A stretch of 64,000 nt of DNA from Pelagibacteraceae bacterium AG-422-B15 (GCA_905182345.1 CAJJBG010000002.1:30345-94344), one strand, 5' to 3'; numbered from the stretch's first letter, positions 1 to 10,650 are shown. Notes: a model not told the origin generated them from the letters alone. Translations and numbers: made by a program.

Positions 1-302
1 TATCTGAAAGAATAAGAATGAGTCACAATGGAACACTTAATATTACTTGTGTGTTAGATAAAAAACTTAAGTTAAAATCTCCACCGGTTATTTCTTGCAA
101 TGGTGTTGATCTTTATGACGATGAAGATGATGATGTTATTGATAGTCTTGAGGAAGAAATCTATAATTTTTTCGATAACTCAAATAATTTAAGTAAAAAA
201 GATCAAAAAATTAATAAAAAACTTGAGAGTTTCACTAAAAACTTTATTTTTAAAAGGACTAGAAAAAAACCTTTGACAAATATCCACTTAGTTCATATCT
301 AA
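1..302 (+). CDS. 3' end of an ORF open to the left window edge; product unknown (an RNase J-type protein is possible from alphaproteobacterial synteny only)
   Basis: There is no in-frame stop between nt 3 and the ATG at 18, so the ORF may continue upstream. It has an acidic stretch (DDEDDDVIDSLEEE) and a basic tail. It sits directly upstream of mce-DUF1467-proS. Confidence 0.3.
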   Translation, partial: SERIRMSHNGTLNITCVLDKKLKLKSPPVISCNGVDLYDDEDDDVIDSLEEEIYNFFDNSNNLSKKDQKINKKLESFTKNFIFKRTRKKPLTNIHLVHI

Positions 303-307
303 ATAGT

Positions 308-712
308 ATGTTAGGAAAGTTAAATCATATAGCAATTGCAGTGCCTGATATCAAAGCAGCTGCTAAACAATACAAAGAAATTTTTGGTGCTAAAGTATCA
401 GAAGTTGTTGAGCAACCTGATCATGGTGTCTCCACTGTTTTTATTGATCTTGGAAATACTAAGATTGAACTTCTTGAGCAACTTGGCGACGATTCACCAA
501 TTGGAAATTTTATAACTAAAAATCCTAAAGGTGGAATGCACCATATATGTATTGAAGTTAATGATATTAACGCAGCAATTGAAAAGCTTAATGAGCATGA
601 GGTGGTAATTACAGGAACTGGAAAACCAAAAATTGGTGCACATGGCAAACCTGTAGTTTTTCTTCACCCAAAAAGCTGCAATGGCACCCTTATTGAGTTA
701 GAAGAAGTTTAA
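308..712 (+). CDS. mce: methylmalonyl-CoA epimerase (VOC/glyoxalase family)
   Basis: 134 aa. Motifs LNHIAIAV...GGMHHICIEV...GTLIELEE are typical of the Mce/VOC fold. It occupies the conserved position before DUF1467 and proS. Confidence 0.8.
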   Translation: MLGKLNHIAIAVPDIKAAAKQYKEIFGAKVSEVVEQPDHGVSTVFIDLGNTKIELLEQLGDDSPIGNFITKNPKGGMHHICIEVNDINAAIEKLNEHEVVITGTGKPKIGAHGKPVVFLHPKSCNGTLIELEEV

Positions 713-714
713 TT

Positions 715-987
715 TTGGGTATTGCTGGATCAATTATCTTATTTTTACTTATTTGGTGGCTCTTACTCTTTACAATTTTACCTTTAAATATCAGTAATAA
801 TGCTGAAAAGAATATCAATAACGATGGGAATGACTCTGGTGCTCCCAATAATCCACAAATATTTAAGAAATTTTTGATCACCACTATCCTTTCGACGATA
901 ATATGGTCTATTATATATTTGTTTTTAAAAGACCAAGGTCTTTTACTTTATATATTAGATTTATTTTATTCGAATGAAGTTAACTGA
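715..987 (+). CDS. small membrane protein, DUF1467-like
   Basis: 90 aa with a TTG start 3 nt after the mce stop and two hydrophobic segments. The mce-DUF1467-proS order is conserved in alphaproteobacteria. Confidence 0.55.
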   Translation: MGIAGSIILFLLIWWLLLFTILPLNISNNAEKNINNDGNDSGAPNNPQIFKKFLITTILSTIIWSIIYLFLKDQGLLLYILDLFYSNEVN

Positions 988-2296
988 TTATTTTTTACCT
1001 GTACTTAAAGAGTCACCTGCTGATGCCGAGATAGCTTCTCACAAGCTTATGTTAAGAGCAGGAATGTTAAGTCAATCCAGCTCAGGTATCTATTCATGGT
1101 TACCACTTGGTTTGAGAGTTTTAAAAAAAATTGAAAATATTGTTCGCGAAGAGCAGGATGCCGCTGGTGTTAATGAAATATTAATGCCTACCATCCAACC
1201 GGCTGACATATGGAAAGAGAGTGGTAGATATGACGATTATGGTAAAGAAATGTTACGCATTAAGGACAGGCAAGGTCGTGAAATGTTATTTGGCCCAACA
1301 AACGAAGAACAAGTTACAGATATCTTTAGAAGGACTGTTAGATCTTATAAAGAGCTTCCAAGTTTACTTTATCACATTCAATGGAAGTTTAGAGATGAAC
1401 TAAGACCAAGGTTTGGTATAATGAGAGGGCGAGAATTTTTAATGAAAGATGCATACTCATTTGATCTGGACAAAGAAAGCTCTAGAGCTTCTTATAATAA
1501 ATTTTTTGTTAGCTATCTTAAAACTTTTGAAAGACTAGGACTGAAAGCCATCCCTATGGCAGCTGATACTGGACCTATTGGTGGTGATATGTCTCATGAG
1601 TTTGTTATCATCTCTGATACAGGTGAAAGTGATATTTATTTTGATAATCGTATTTTAAATCTAACTAATATTGATGAAAATATTCAGTATAATTCAGATC
1701 TTTCTACAATTGTTGAATCGTACCAAGACCTTTATTCGGTTGCTGATGATAAATTTTCAGAAGATGATTTTAATTTAAAAGTTCCTGAGGAATTCAGAAA
1801 ACATACTAAAGGTATTGAGGTTGGACACATATTCAACTTTGCTACAAAGTATTCAGAGCCAATGAAAGCTAATGTGCTTAACTCAAATGGTAAGACAGTA
1901 CCAGTACATATGGGTTCCTATGGAATAGGCATTTCTAGGTTGGTAGGAGCTATCATTGAATCATCTCATGATGAGAACGGAATTATTTGGCCTAATTCAG
2001 TAACACCTTTTGATATAGGATTAATTAATTTAAAAATTAAAGACTTTGATGCAGTTAAAATATGTGAGAAAATTTATTTAGAGCTAAAAGACACTGGTAT
2101 TGATATCTTGTACGATAATAAAGATGATAGTCCAGGAGCTAAATTCTCACGAATGGATCTAATCGGATTGCCTATACAAATTATATGTGGGAAAAATAGC
2201 GTTAAAGATGGAACGGTAGAAATTAAATACCGAAATTCTGGTGACGTTAAACTAATTAATATTAGTGATGTTGTTAACTTTATTAAAAATAAATAA
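974..2296 (+). CDS. proS: prolyl-tRNA synthetase (short alphaproteobacterial type)
   Basis: 440 aa. The N-terminus MKLTDYFLPVLKE, class II motifs (FRDE.RPRFG.MRGREF, GSYGIGISR) and a C-terminal anticodon-binding region are present. Confidence 0.95.
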   Translation: MKLTDYFLPVLKESPADAEIASHKLMLRAGMLSQSSSGIYSWLPLGLRVLKKIENIVREEQDAAGVNEILMPTIQPADIWKESGRYDDYGKEMLRIKDRQGREMLFGPTNEEQVTDIFRRTVRSYKELPSLLYHIQWKFRDELRPRFGIMRGREFLMKDAYSFDLDKESSRASYNKFFVSYLKTFERLGLKAIPMAADTGPIGGDMSHEFVIISDTGESDIYFDNRILNLTNIDENIQYNSDLSTIVESYQDLYSVADDKFSEDDFNLKVPEEFRKHTKGIEVGHIFNFATKYSEPMKANVLNSNGKTVPVHMGSYGIGISRLVGAIIESSHDENGIIWPNSVTPFDIGLINLKIKDFDAVKICEKIYLELKDTGIDILYDNKDDSPGAKFSRMDLIGLPIQIICGKNSVKDGTVEIKYRNSGDVKLINISDVVNFIKNK

Positions 2297-2298
2297 CT

Positions 2299-3537
2299 GT
2301 GCCATTCAATTACTTTGAAAGATATATTGCCTCAAAATATCTTAAACCGATGCGTTCGGATGGATTGCTTTCAATAATATCCTGGTTTTCATTTATTGGA
2401 ATTACTATTGGTGTTGCTACTCTGATTATTGTTATGTCAGTAATGAATGGATTTAAAATAGAGTTACAAGAAAGAATTATAGGTTTTAATGGTCATATAT
2501 ATATAAATAAGTATGGTGAAAGTATAAGTGATTATAAACTTGATATTGATCAATATAAGAATATTGAATTTATTGATCCTAATATAACTTTTCAATCCTT
2601 AATGATTGCAGGCTCAACAAATACTGGTGTTTTAGTAAAGGCAATTAGCCCATCTATCTTGGGTAACTATAAAATTATTAATGAGAATATTAATACGGTG
2701 CGTAACAATCCATTAGATTGCGATTGTATACTCATAGGCGACACACTTGCCACAAAACTTGGGTTAGAAATAGGTTCTTTAGTTACTCTTTATTCAACAC
2801 AAACAATTAGTACGCCATTTGGATCACTACCAAAGACTAAAGATCTGATAATTTCAGGAATATTTCATTCTGGCATGAGTGAGTATGATAGTAATTTTAC
2901 TTTAATTTCTTTGAAAAATGGACAGTCGTTAACCAATAACGGTGATAAGGTTACTACGATTGAAATTCACTTGTCTAACCCTAATAATATTGACGAAACT
3001 AAACTCAGGCTGTCTCAGCAATTTAGCTCAACAAATTATCTTGTTAGAGACTGGAAAGAGGTAAACAGTACTTTTTTTGAAGCTCTTAAAGTTGAAAGAA
3101 TAGTGATGTTTATTATTTTGTCTTTAATAATTTTAATTGCAGCTTTCAATGTTGTAACTAGCCTCTTTATTCTTGTTAAAAACAAAACCAAAGAAATAGC
3201 TATTATGCGGACCATAGGCTTAAGTAGAATGGGAATAATGAGAATATTTCTTCTTGTTGGTTCTATTGTTGGTATTTCTGGAACTATAATAGGTACATTA
3301 GTTGGGTATATTATTACCATTAATCTTGAAAATATTAGAAGTGTTTTAAACAATCAATTTGGATTAAATCTTTTTCCACCACAACTTTATTACATAGATA
3401 AAATTCCTACAGATATTCAATCATCTCAAGTGTTATACATAGTTTGTTTTTCAATTTTAATATCAATCTTAGCTACTATTTATCCTTCATATGCAGCATC
3501 ACGCTTAGAAATTAAAGGAATATTAAAGAATGCTTAA
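2299..3537 (+). CDS. lolE: lipoprotein-releasing system permease (LolC/LolE family)
   Basis: 412 aa with a GTG start. It shows the MacB/FtsX-type topology (TM, large periplasmic loop, 3 C-terminal TM) and is followed by lolD. Confidence 0.85.
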   Translation: MPFNYFERYIASKYLKPMRSDGLLSIISWFSFIGITIGVATLIIVMSVMNGFKIELQERIIGFNGHIYINKYGESISDYKLDIDQYKNIEFIDPNITFQSLMIAGSTNTGVLVKAISPSILGNYKIINENINTVRNNPLDCDCILIGDTLATKLGLEIGSLVTLYSTQTISTPFGSLPKTKDLIISGIFHSGMSEYDSNFTLISLKNGQSLTNNGDKVTTIEIHLSNPNNIDETKLRLSQQFSSTNYLVRDWKEVNSTFFEALKVERIVMFIILSLIILIAAFNVVTSLFILVKNKTKEIAIMRTIGLSRMGIMRIFLLVGSIVGISGTIIGTLVGYIITINLENIRSVLNNQFGLNLFPPQLYYIDKIPTDIQSSQVLYIVCFSILISILATIYPSYAASRLEIKGILKNA

Positions 3538-4201
3538 GACTTACATAGAGATAGATAATATTACTAAATCATATAAACAAGGTGATGAATTAGTGGGAGT
3601 GTTAAATAATTTCTCTATGACATTAAACGAAGGTGACTTTCTTTCTATAACGGGCCCATCTGGCTCAGGCAAAACGACTTTATTAAATATATTGGGTTTG
3701 ATAGATAATTTTGATTTTGGGGATATTAGACATTTTGGTAAAAACACAAAAGACCTACATGAAACTGAAAAAAATAAAATCCGAATGAATAGTCTTGGCT
3801 TTGTTTACCAATCTAATAATCTGTTTGATGAATTTAATGCAGTTGAAAATGTTGCATTACCATTAATTTTATCTGGAAAAAACAGAAAAGATTCGTATCA
3901 AGAGAGTGAGTCGATGCTAATAGATTTTGGCTTAGGACATCGCTTGAAACATACTCCTAAAGATCTTTCTGGGGGTGAACAGCAGAGAGTAGCAATAGCA
4001 AGAGCTTTAATAAATAAGCCAGATGTAGTTATAGCTGATGAACCAACAGGAAATTTAGATAAGGCTACTTCTAAAAACGTATTTCAATATTTTTTAAACT
4101 ATTTAGAAAAAAATTCATGTGCAGTCGTTATGGCTACACATAATCTAGAGCTTGCTGGATTGGCAAATAAAAAATTAGAATTAAATACTCTTAATGAATA
4201 A
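3530..4201 (+). CDS. lolD: lipoprotein-releasing system ATP-binding protein
   Basis: Walker A GPSGSGKTT, signature LSGGEQQR and Walker B VVIADEPT are present. It overlaps the lolE stop by 8 nt. Confidence 0.9.
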   Translation: MLKTYIEIDNITKSYKQGDELVGVLNNFSMTLNEGDFLSITGPSGSGKTTLLNILGLIDNFDFGDIRHFGKNTKDLHETEKNKIRMNSLGFVYQSNNLFDEFNAVENVALPLILSGKNRKDSYQESESMLIDFGLGHRLKHTPKDLSGGEQQRVAIARALINKPDVVIADEPTGNLDKATSKNVFQYFLNYLEKNSCAVVMATHNLELAGLANKKLELNTLNE

Positions 4202-7200
4202 TTTTGTTCATCTAAATACTAAAAGTGATTACTCGCTATCTGAAGGAGCCTTGACGATACAAAAGATTGCTGATTTATGTGTGGGCAACAATATGCCTGC
4301 TATTGCAGTTACGGATAACAATAACTTGTTTGGTGCCTTAGAATTTTCTGAAACAATATCTAAAGCTGGAATTCAACCTATCATAGGAGCAAAAATTAAA
4401 ATTAAAACTCCTAGTCAATTTGTTATCAACTCTGAAATTGAAGGTGATAAATATTTTTATATTAACCTCTTGTCAAAAAATAATGATGGTTATCAGAATC
4501 TACTATATTTGAATTCTATTTCCTATACTCACCATTCTTCTGATAATGCCTTCATAACCTTGGAGCAGCTATATCAATATAAAGAAGGACTAATTTTACT
4601 TACAGGCGGCTATGGAAATATTTTTAATAACTTGCTCTTTCACAAAAAAAAAGATTGGGCTAACAGCTTGATTGAGAATATTAGAAATGAATTTAATGAA
4701 AATGTTTATATAGAAATACAAAGAATAGGAGCTCATATACAAGAAAAAACTGAAAAAGCCTTACTAAAACTTTCATACGATAACTCAATTCCATTGGTTG
4801 CAACAAATGAAGTGTGCTTTGAAAGTCCAGACTATTACAATGCTCATGAAGTACTACTGTGCATCGATAAAAAAGAATATTTATCACAAGAAAATAGGAA
4901 TAAATTTCCTACTGAAGGATATTTTAAATCAACCAGTGAAATGATAGCTATGTTTTTCGATTTACCTGAGGCAATAAGCAATACGCTAGAAATTGCAAAG
5001 CGATGTTCATATCGTCCAATACCTACCGTTCCTACATTACCTAATTTTTCCACCAAAGAAAAATCTGAAAATGACATTTTAAAGGAAAATGCACAAACAG
5101 CTCTTATAAAAAGATTAGATTTTAAATTTGAACTGGAAAATATTACTGATGAAAAAATAAATATTACAAATGAATATCAAGTACGCTTAGAAAAAGAATT
5201 AGATATTATTATCAATATGAAATATTCAGGATATTTTTTAATTGTGGCTGACTTTATTAAGTGGTCTAAAGAAAATGATATTCCTGTTGGACCTGGAAGA
5301 GGTTCTGGTGCTGGATCGCTTGTAGCGTGGGTCTTAAATATAACTGATGTTGATCCTATTAAATTTGGCTTAATTTTTGAAAGATTTCTTAATCCAGAGC
5401 GTGTTTCAATGCCTGATTTTGATATTGATTTTTGTAGAGATAGAAGAGATGAGGTAATTAACTATGTTTCTGATAAATATGGAAAAAACCAAGTTGCTCA
5501 AATTATTACTTTTGGTAAATTACAAGCTCGGGCTGTTTTGAGAGATGTTGGTAGAGTTCTTGGTATACCTTATGGCCAAGTTGATTATCTAACTAAACTT
5601 ATCCCATTTGATCCATCGAATCCATTAACTCTGCAGCAGGCAATCGACAATGAGCCTAAGATGTCTGAGGAAGCTGAGAATGACAATAAGGTAAAAAAAT
5701 TACTAGATATTGCATTAAAGCTTGAAGGACTTAAACGCCATACATCAGTGCATGCTGCTGGTGTAGTCATATCAAAAGAAGAGATTTTTAAGAGTGTTCC
5801 GCTCTATAGTGATCCTGACACTAAAACATTCTTAACACAATTTGATATGAAGCATGTTGAGATGGCGGGACTAGTTAAATTTGATTTTTTAGGACTAAAA
5901 ACTCTAACTTTAATCGATAATTGTTTAAAATTGATTATTTCTCAAGGCGTTGATTTTGATTTAAATAAAATTGACACTAAAGACCCTAAGACTTTTGAAT
6001 TTTTGAGCAGTGGAGAGACAACTGGAATTTTTCAGCTTGAGAGTCCCGGTATGCAGGAAACGTTAAGGCAACTATTGCCAGATAAATTAGAAGATATTAT
6101 TGCTTTAGTTGCACTATATAGGCCTGGGCCAATGCAAAATATACCCACATACATTGAAAGAAAGCACGGTAGAGAAAAAATAGAATATGCTCACCCTAAA
6201 TTAGAAGAAATATTAAAAGAAACATATGGTGTAATAGTTTATCAAGAACAAGTAATGGGGGCCGCAAGAGAATTGTCCGGATACACAGATGGTGAGGCTG
6301 ACTTATTGCGTAGAGCAATGGGCAAGAAAATTCAAAAAGAAATGCGCGATCAAAGAAAACGTTTTGTTAATGGGTGTAAGGAAAATAAAATTAATGATAA
6401 TGATGCACAAGATATATTCGATCTCTTAGCAAAATTTGCAAACTATGGTTTTAATAAAAGCCATGCAGCTGCATATGCGGTTATTTCTTATCAAACAGCA
6501 TACCTAAAAACACATTATCCACTTGAGTTTTTTGCCGCATCAATGACTTTGGACATAAATAATACAGATAAACTAGCTATTTTTCAGCAAGAATTATCAA
6601 GAATGCAAATCAAACTATATCCACCAGATATTAATAACTCTGATACTCACTTCACCATAGAGAATAATGGTATTAAGTATGCTCTTGGGGCAATAAAGAA
6701 TGTTGGAATTGAATCAATGAATGAACTTATCGAAGAGCGTAAAAAAAATGGACTCTTTACATCTTTTGATGACTTTTTAGGTCGTGTCAGTTCCTCTGTT
6801 ACTAACAAGAAAACTATTGAAGCATTAGCATGTGCTGGTGCATTTGATAACTTGAAAGTTAAAAGATCAGATATATTCAATCAATCAAATGAAATTGTTA
6901 AATCAATAAAAGATTTCAACTTACGATCTGATAATAATCAAGGTGATATATTTGGCAATACTGAGAAATTTAAATATGTTTTTTTAAAATCTGATGATTG
7001 GGACCAAGCAACAAAGCTGATTAAAGAGTTTCAGTTAGTTGGCTTTTATTTTTCTGGTCATCCACTAGGTGCCTACAAGGAAAGTTTAATGCAAAATAAT
7101 GTTCGTGAGTATGATTCGGTATATAAAAACACTCAACTTCATAGTAATAAAAATATACTTATAGCAGGCACTTTGTTGGTTAAGAAAGAAAAAAGATCGG

Positions 7201-7634
7201 CACGTGGTAACGCTTATGCATTTTTAAATTTTTCAGATACGAGCTCTATATATGAGGGTATTATTTTTGAAGCCAACTTAAGAAAATACAGAGACATGCT
7301 AATAATAGGTCAGTCTTACGTGTTAGGTGCAAACTTTACAGATGATAATGGACAAATAAGAGTAGAAATCAAAAAAGTTTACCATTTAGATGAGATTGTT
7401 AAATTTGAATCTTCAGTAAAAAATCTAATTATAAAAAATAATTTAATGATTACAACCAGTTCTATTGCAGCAGTACAAGCCATAAAAGAGCTCGATATAA
7501 CTAGTGGCCAAGGCACTATTATAATTTGCTTTAATGATCAAAAAATTAAGTTACCTGGCAAGTATTCTATAAATGATATTTTGGCTGAAAATATAAGAAA
7601 AATACCTGAGATTATAAGTGCTAATCTTTATTAA
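4194..7634 (+). CDS. dnaE: DNA polymerase III alpha subunit
   Basis: 1146 aa with an N-terminal PHP domain (FVHLNTKSDYSL), motifs GPGRGSGAGSLVAW and PDFDIDF, and a C-terminal OB-fold region. Confidence 0.97.
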   Translation: MNNFVHLNTKSDYSLSEGALTIQKIADLCVGNNMPAIAVTDNNNLFGALEFSETISKAGIQPIIGAKIKIKTPSQFVINSEIEGDKYFYINLLSKNNDGYQNLLYLNSISYTHHSSDNAFITLEQLYQYKEGLILLTGGYGNIFNNLLFHKKKDWANSLIENIRNEFNENVYIEIQRIGAHIQEKTEKALLKLSYDNSIPLVATNEVCFESPDYYNAHEVLLCIDKKEYLSQENRNKFPTEGYFKSTSEMIAMFFDLPEAISNTLEIAKRCSYRPIPTVPTLPNFSTKEKSENDILKENAQTALIKRLDFKFELENITDEKINITNEYQVRLEKELDIIINMKYSGYFLIVADFIKWSKENDIPVGPGRGSGAGSLVAWVLNITDVDPIKFGLIFERFLNPERVSMPDFDIDFCRDRRDEVINYVSDKYGKNQVAQIITFGKLQARAVLRDVGRVLGIPYGQVDYLTKLIPFDPSNPLTLQQAIDNEPKMSEEAENDNKVKKLLDIALKLEGLKRHTSVHAAGVVISKEEIFKSVPLYSDPDTKTFLTQFDMKHVEMAGLVKFDFLGLKTLTLIDNCLKLIISQGVDFDLNKIDTKDPKTFEFLSSGETTGIFQLESPGMQETLRQLLPDKLEDIIALVALYRPGPMQNIPTYIERKHGREKIEYAHPKLEEILKETYGVIVYQEQVMGAARELSGYTDGEADLLRRAMGKKIQKEMRDQRKRFVNGCKENKINDNDAQDIFDLLAKFANYGFNKSHAAAYAVISYQTAYLKTHYPLEFFAASMTLDINNTDKLAIFQQELSRMQIKLYPPDINNSDTHFTIENNGIKYALGAIKNVGIESMNELIEERKKNGLFTSFDDFLGRVSSSVTNKKTIEALACAGAFDNLKVKRSDIFNQSNEIVKSIKDFNLRSDNNQGDIFGNTEKFKYVFLKSDDWDQATKLIKEFQLVGFYFSGHPLGAYKESLMQNNVREYDSVYKNTQLHSNKNILIAGTLLVKKEKRSARGNAYAFLNFSDTSSIYEGIIFEANLRKYRDMLIIGQSYVLGANFTDDNGQIRVEIKKVYHLDEIVKFESSVKNLIIKNNLMITTSSIAAVQAIKELDITSGQGTIIICFNDQKIKLPGKYSINDILAENIRKIPEIISANLY

Positions 7635-7689
7635 AAAGTCATTGAATTAAGTCTCTTAATCAGTTACACGATACACCATAAATCACATG

Positions 7690-7757
7690 GCGATAGCTTA
7701 GGCTGTCCGGTCCCGAAAGGGTGTAAATGCTGTGCGAGGATAACCGGAGAATACATT
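7690..7757 (+). promoter_or_regulatory. structured 5' leader of rpsB (candidate r-protein autoregulatory element, possibly the 'rpsB motif' reported for Ca. Pelagibacter)
   Basis: This is a G+C-rich island in an otherwise AT-rich spacer. A CCC-GAAA-GGG hairpin lies at 7712-7721. A 6-bp helix pairs TCCGGT (7706-7711) with ACCGGA (7743-7748), and the 3' arm overlaps the SD GGAG (7746-7749), 8 nt before the ATG at 7758. Confidence 0.5.
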
Positions 7758-8531
7758 ATGGAAATACCTAACTTTAATCTTAAAGAACTTATAGAATCTG
7801 GCGTACATTTTGGTCACAAGACTCAAAAATGGAACCCTAAAATGGAACAGTATATTCACAGTACACGTGAAAATGTTCATATTATTGATCTTACCCAAAC
7901 AATGGGTATGCTTGCGTCAGCTTTAGAAAAAATTCAAACTACAGTAGCAAAAGGTGGAAAAATACTTTTTGTTGCAACTAAAAAGCAAGCTGCACTTCAG
8001 GTAGCTGATTTAGCAAAAGAAACAAATCAATATTTTGTCAATCACAGGTGGCTTGGTGGTATGATGACAAATTATCAAACTATTCAAAAATCAATTACTA
8101 AAATGAAAGAAATTGAGATTTTAAAAACTAATCCAAAAAATGAGTTTACCAAAAAGGAACTTTTAAAACTTACAAATAAACATATTAAGCTGGTTAAATC
8201 GTTAAGTGGGATTAGTGAAATGCAAAAAGCGCCTGATTTAATTTTTGTTATCGATACAAAATTAGAACATATCGCTATTGCTGAAGCTAGAACTTTAAGA
8301 ATTCCAATTGTAGCTATTCTAGATACAAATTGTAATCCCGATCTAATTGATTTTCCAATTCCAGGTAATGATGATTCTAGAAAATCAATAAATCTTTATT
8401 GTAGACTTATTAAAGAGGCGATTAATAATATATCTGGTGAAGTTTCTTTCGAAAAAGAACCAGCTAAATCTAGCGAGAATGTTAAAATTGAATCTTCAAA
8501 TAAAGAAGAAACAATTATTAAAGGAGAATAA
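7758..8531 (+). CDS. rpsB: 30S ribosomal protein S2
   Basis: 257 aa. Motifs LIESGVHFGHKTQKWNPKM and WLGGMMTN are present, and tsf follows. Confidence 0.97.
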   Translation: MEIPNFNLKELIESGVHFGHKTQKWNPKMEQYIHSTRENVHIIDLTQTMGMLASALEKIQTTVAKGGKILFVATKKQAALQVADLAKETNQYFVNHRWLGGMMTNYQTIQKSITKMKEIEILKTNPKNEFTKKELLKLTNKHIKLVKSLSGISEMQKAPDLIFVIDTKLEHIAIAEARTLRIPIVAILDTNCNPDLIDFPIPGNDDSRKSINLYCRLIKEAINNISGEVSFEKEPAKSSENVKIESSNKEETIIKGE

Positions 8532-8536
8532 TATTA

Positions 8537-9370
8537 ATGAGCACAGTTACAGCACAGCAAGTACAAGACCTTAGAAAAATGTCAGGTGCAGGTATGATGG
8601 ATTGTAAGACCGCACTAGCAGAATGTAATGCAGATCTTGACTTGGCATTTCAGTGGCTAAGAGAAAAAGGTATTGCAAAAGCTCAAAAAAAATCAACCAG
8701 AGAGGCCAACGAAGGTCTTGTTTCAATTATGAGTAATGAAAGCGGTACAGCTATAGTTGAAATTAATTCAGAGACTGATTTCGTTTCTAGAAATAAAGAT
8801 TTTCATGCATTGGTTAAAAAGATAACCGAAATTGTGTTGAATGCTAAATCAAACATTGATTCAGTTAAAGTCGAAATTGATGGAATAATAAGTGATGCAA
8901 TAGGTGTCATTGGAGAAAATATTGTATTTAAGAGATCAGAATTTGTTGAGGGGAATGTTTCAACTTACGTACATAACTCATTAGGAGACAATCTTGGTAA
9001 AATTGGTGTATTATTGAATTTAAAGGCTGATCCAGCAATTGATTTAGCTACTGTTGGAAAAAATATTTGTATGCATATTGCGGCTACTGGACCCAAAGCA
9101 CTAGATGAATCTTCCCTGGATGCTGAAATTATTACCAATGAAACCAATATAATTAAAGAACAATTAAAAGAAACAGGCAAATCTGAAGACATCATTGAAA
9201 AAATGCTTGCAGGTAAAATGAGAAAATTTTTTGAGGAGGTTGTATTACTTAATCAGAAATATGTTATTGATCCAAATCTAACGATATCTGATTTCTTGGA
9301 TAATTATGGTAAGGATAATAATGCTAAACTAACAATCTCATCATTCACTCGATACGAATTAGGACAGTAA
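8537..9370 (+). CDS. tsf: translation elongation factor Ts
   Basis: 277 aa with the N-terminal UBA-like motif VQDLRKMSGAGMMDCKTAL. It is part of the rpsB-tsf pair. Confidence 0.95.
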   Translation: MSTVTAQQVQDLRKMSGAGMMDCKTALAECNADLDLAFQWLREKGIAKAQKKSTREANEGLVSIMSNESGTAIVEINSETDFVSRNKDFHALVKKITEIVLNAKSNIDSVKVEIDGIISDAIGVIGENIVFKRSEFVEGNVSTYVHNSLGDNLGKIGVLLNLKADPAIDLATVGKNICMHIAATGPKALDESSLDAEIITNETNIIKEQLKETGKSEDIIEKMLAGKMRKFFEEVVLLNQKYVIDPNLTISDFLDNYGKDNNAKLTISSFTRYELGQ

Positions 9371-9376
9371 ATTTTA

Positions 9377-10093
9377 ATGACCATTAAAAAATCAAACCGG
9401 ATACTTTTAAAAATTTCTGGTGAAGCTTTAATGGGTGATGATAACTACGGTATCAAGCTCTCTGTTGTTGATAGAATTGCTAATGATATAAAAAATCTAT
9501 CTAAAAAAAATATTGATATTTGTTTAGTTATTGGTGGTGGCAATATTTTTCGTGGCCTATCAGCATCTTCTGAAGGTATGGATAGGGCTCAAGCAGACTA
9601 TATGGGTATGCTTGCAACTGTCTTAAACTCATTAGCGCTGCAAAATGCTTTAGAAAAAATTAATGTTGATACTCGTGTAATGTCAGCTCTTCCAATCCAT
9701 TCTATTTGTGAAACATATATTAGAAGAAGGGCAATAAGACATATGGAGAAAAATAGGGTTGTAATATGTGCTGCTGGCACCGGTAATCCATATTTTTCTA
9801 CTGACACAGCTGCAGCACTGCGTGCGGCAGAACTAAGTTGTAGTGCTATTTATAAAGCAACTCAAGTAGATGGAATATACAATAAGGACCCTAAAAAATA
9901 TAAAAATGCAAAAAAATATGATAAAATTACCTATAAGAAATATTTAAATGAAGGTTTGAAAGTAATGGATTCATCCGCAATAACTGTTGCACAAGATAAT
10001 AATATTCCAATTATTGTTTTTTCTATAGCTGAGAAAAACTGTTTAGTGAAAACATATTCTAAAAAAAATAAATTTACAGAAATTTCAAGCTAG
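9377..10093 (+). CDS. pyrH: UMP kinase
   Basis: 238 aa. Motifs [20 protein letters not shown] and [22 protein letters not shown] are present. Confidence 0.95.
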   Translation: MTIKKSNRILLKISGEALMGDDNYGIKLSVVDRIANDIKNLSKKNIDICLVIGGGNIFRGLSASSEGMDRAQADYMGMLATVLNSLALQNALEKINVDTRVMSALPIHSICETYIRRRAIRHMEKNRVVICAAGTGNPYFSTDTAAALRAAELSCSAIYKATQVDGIYNKDPKKYKNAKKYDKITYKKYLNEGLKVMDSSAITVAQDNNIPIIVFSIAEKNCLVKTYSKKNKFTEISS

Positions 10094-10650
10094 TGTCTGA
10101 TCAAATTAAAACTGAAATTAACCAAAGAATGGACTCAACTCTAACAAGCTTAAAATCAGAGATGAATGGCATTAGGGCAGGAAGAGCATCACCTTCAATG
10201 CTCGATACAATAAAAGTTGATGTATATGGATCTAAAATGCCAATCAATCAAATTGGAAACATCACCACACCAGAGCCTAGGTTAATTAATGTTGATGTAT
10301 GGGATCAAAATAATGTTGCCGCTGTTGAAAAAGCAATTAGAGAATCAGATCTAGGCATCAATCCATCTTTAGAAGGCACCTTAATAAGATTACCATTGCC
10401 ACAGTTAACTGAGGAAAGAAAGCTTGAATATATTAAATTGGCAAAAAAAATTGGTGAGGCTTCAAAAGTAGCGATCAGAAACATTAGAAGAGATGGTATT
10501 GAGCAATTTAAAAAGATGGAAAAAGATAAGGAGATTGGCGAGGACGATTCTAAAAAGTTGCAATCAGACATAGAAAATATCACTTCTGTACATATCAAAG
10601 AAATTGATACCATGGTCTTAAGCAAGGAAGACGATCTTTCTAAAGTTTAA
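10093..10650 (+). CDS. frr: ribosome recycling factor
   Basis: 185 aa with a GTG start overlapping the pyrH stop. Motifs GRASPSMLD and LTEERK are present. Confidence 0.93.
   Translation: MSDQIKTEINQRMDSTLTSLKSEMNGIRAGRASPSMLDTIKVDVYGSKMPINQIGNITTPEPRLINVDVWDQNNVAAVEKAIRESDLGINPSLEGTLIRLPLPQLTEERKLEYIKLAKKIGEASKVAIRNIRRDGIEQFKKMEKDKEIGEDDSKKLQSDIENITSVHIKEIDTMVLSKEDDLSKV

Noticed and set aside
7640-7670. Possible intrinsic terminator after dnaE (ATTAAG-tct-CTTAAT).
   Set aside because: It has only a 6-bp all-weak stem and no following T run, so it is not convincing. I found no good GC-stem plus T-tract terminator elsewhere in the window either.
7701-7748. Possible SRP (4.5S) RNA or other housekeeping RNA, because of the GTCCGG...GAAA...GG elements.
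   Set aside because: It lacks the SRP domain IV consensus (GGUCCGGAAGGAAGCAGCC-like symmetric loop) and the long closing helix. Its position and its overlap with the SD fit an mRNA leader instead.
7698-7898. 66-aa minus-strand ORF covering the rpsB leader and start.
   Set aside because: It is antisense to the rpsB N-terminus. The G+C-rich part is better explained as RNA structure on the plus strand.
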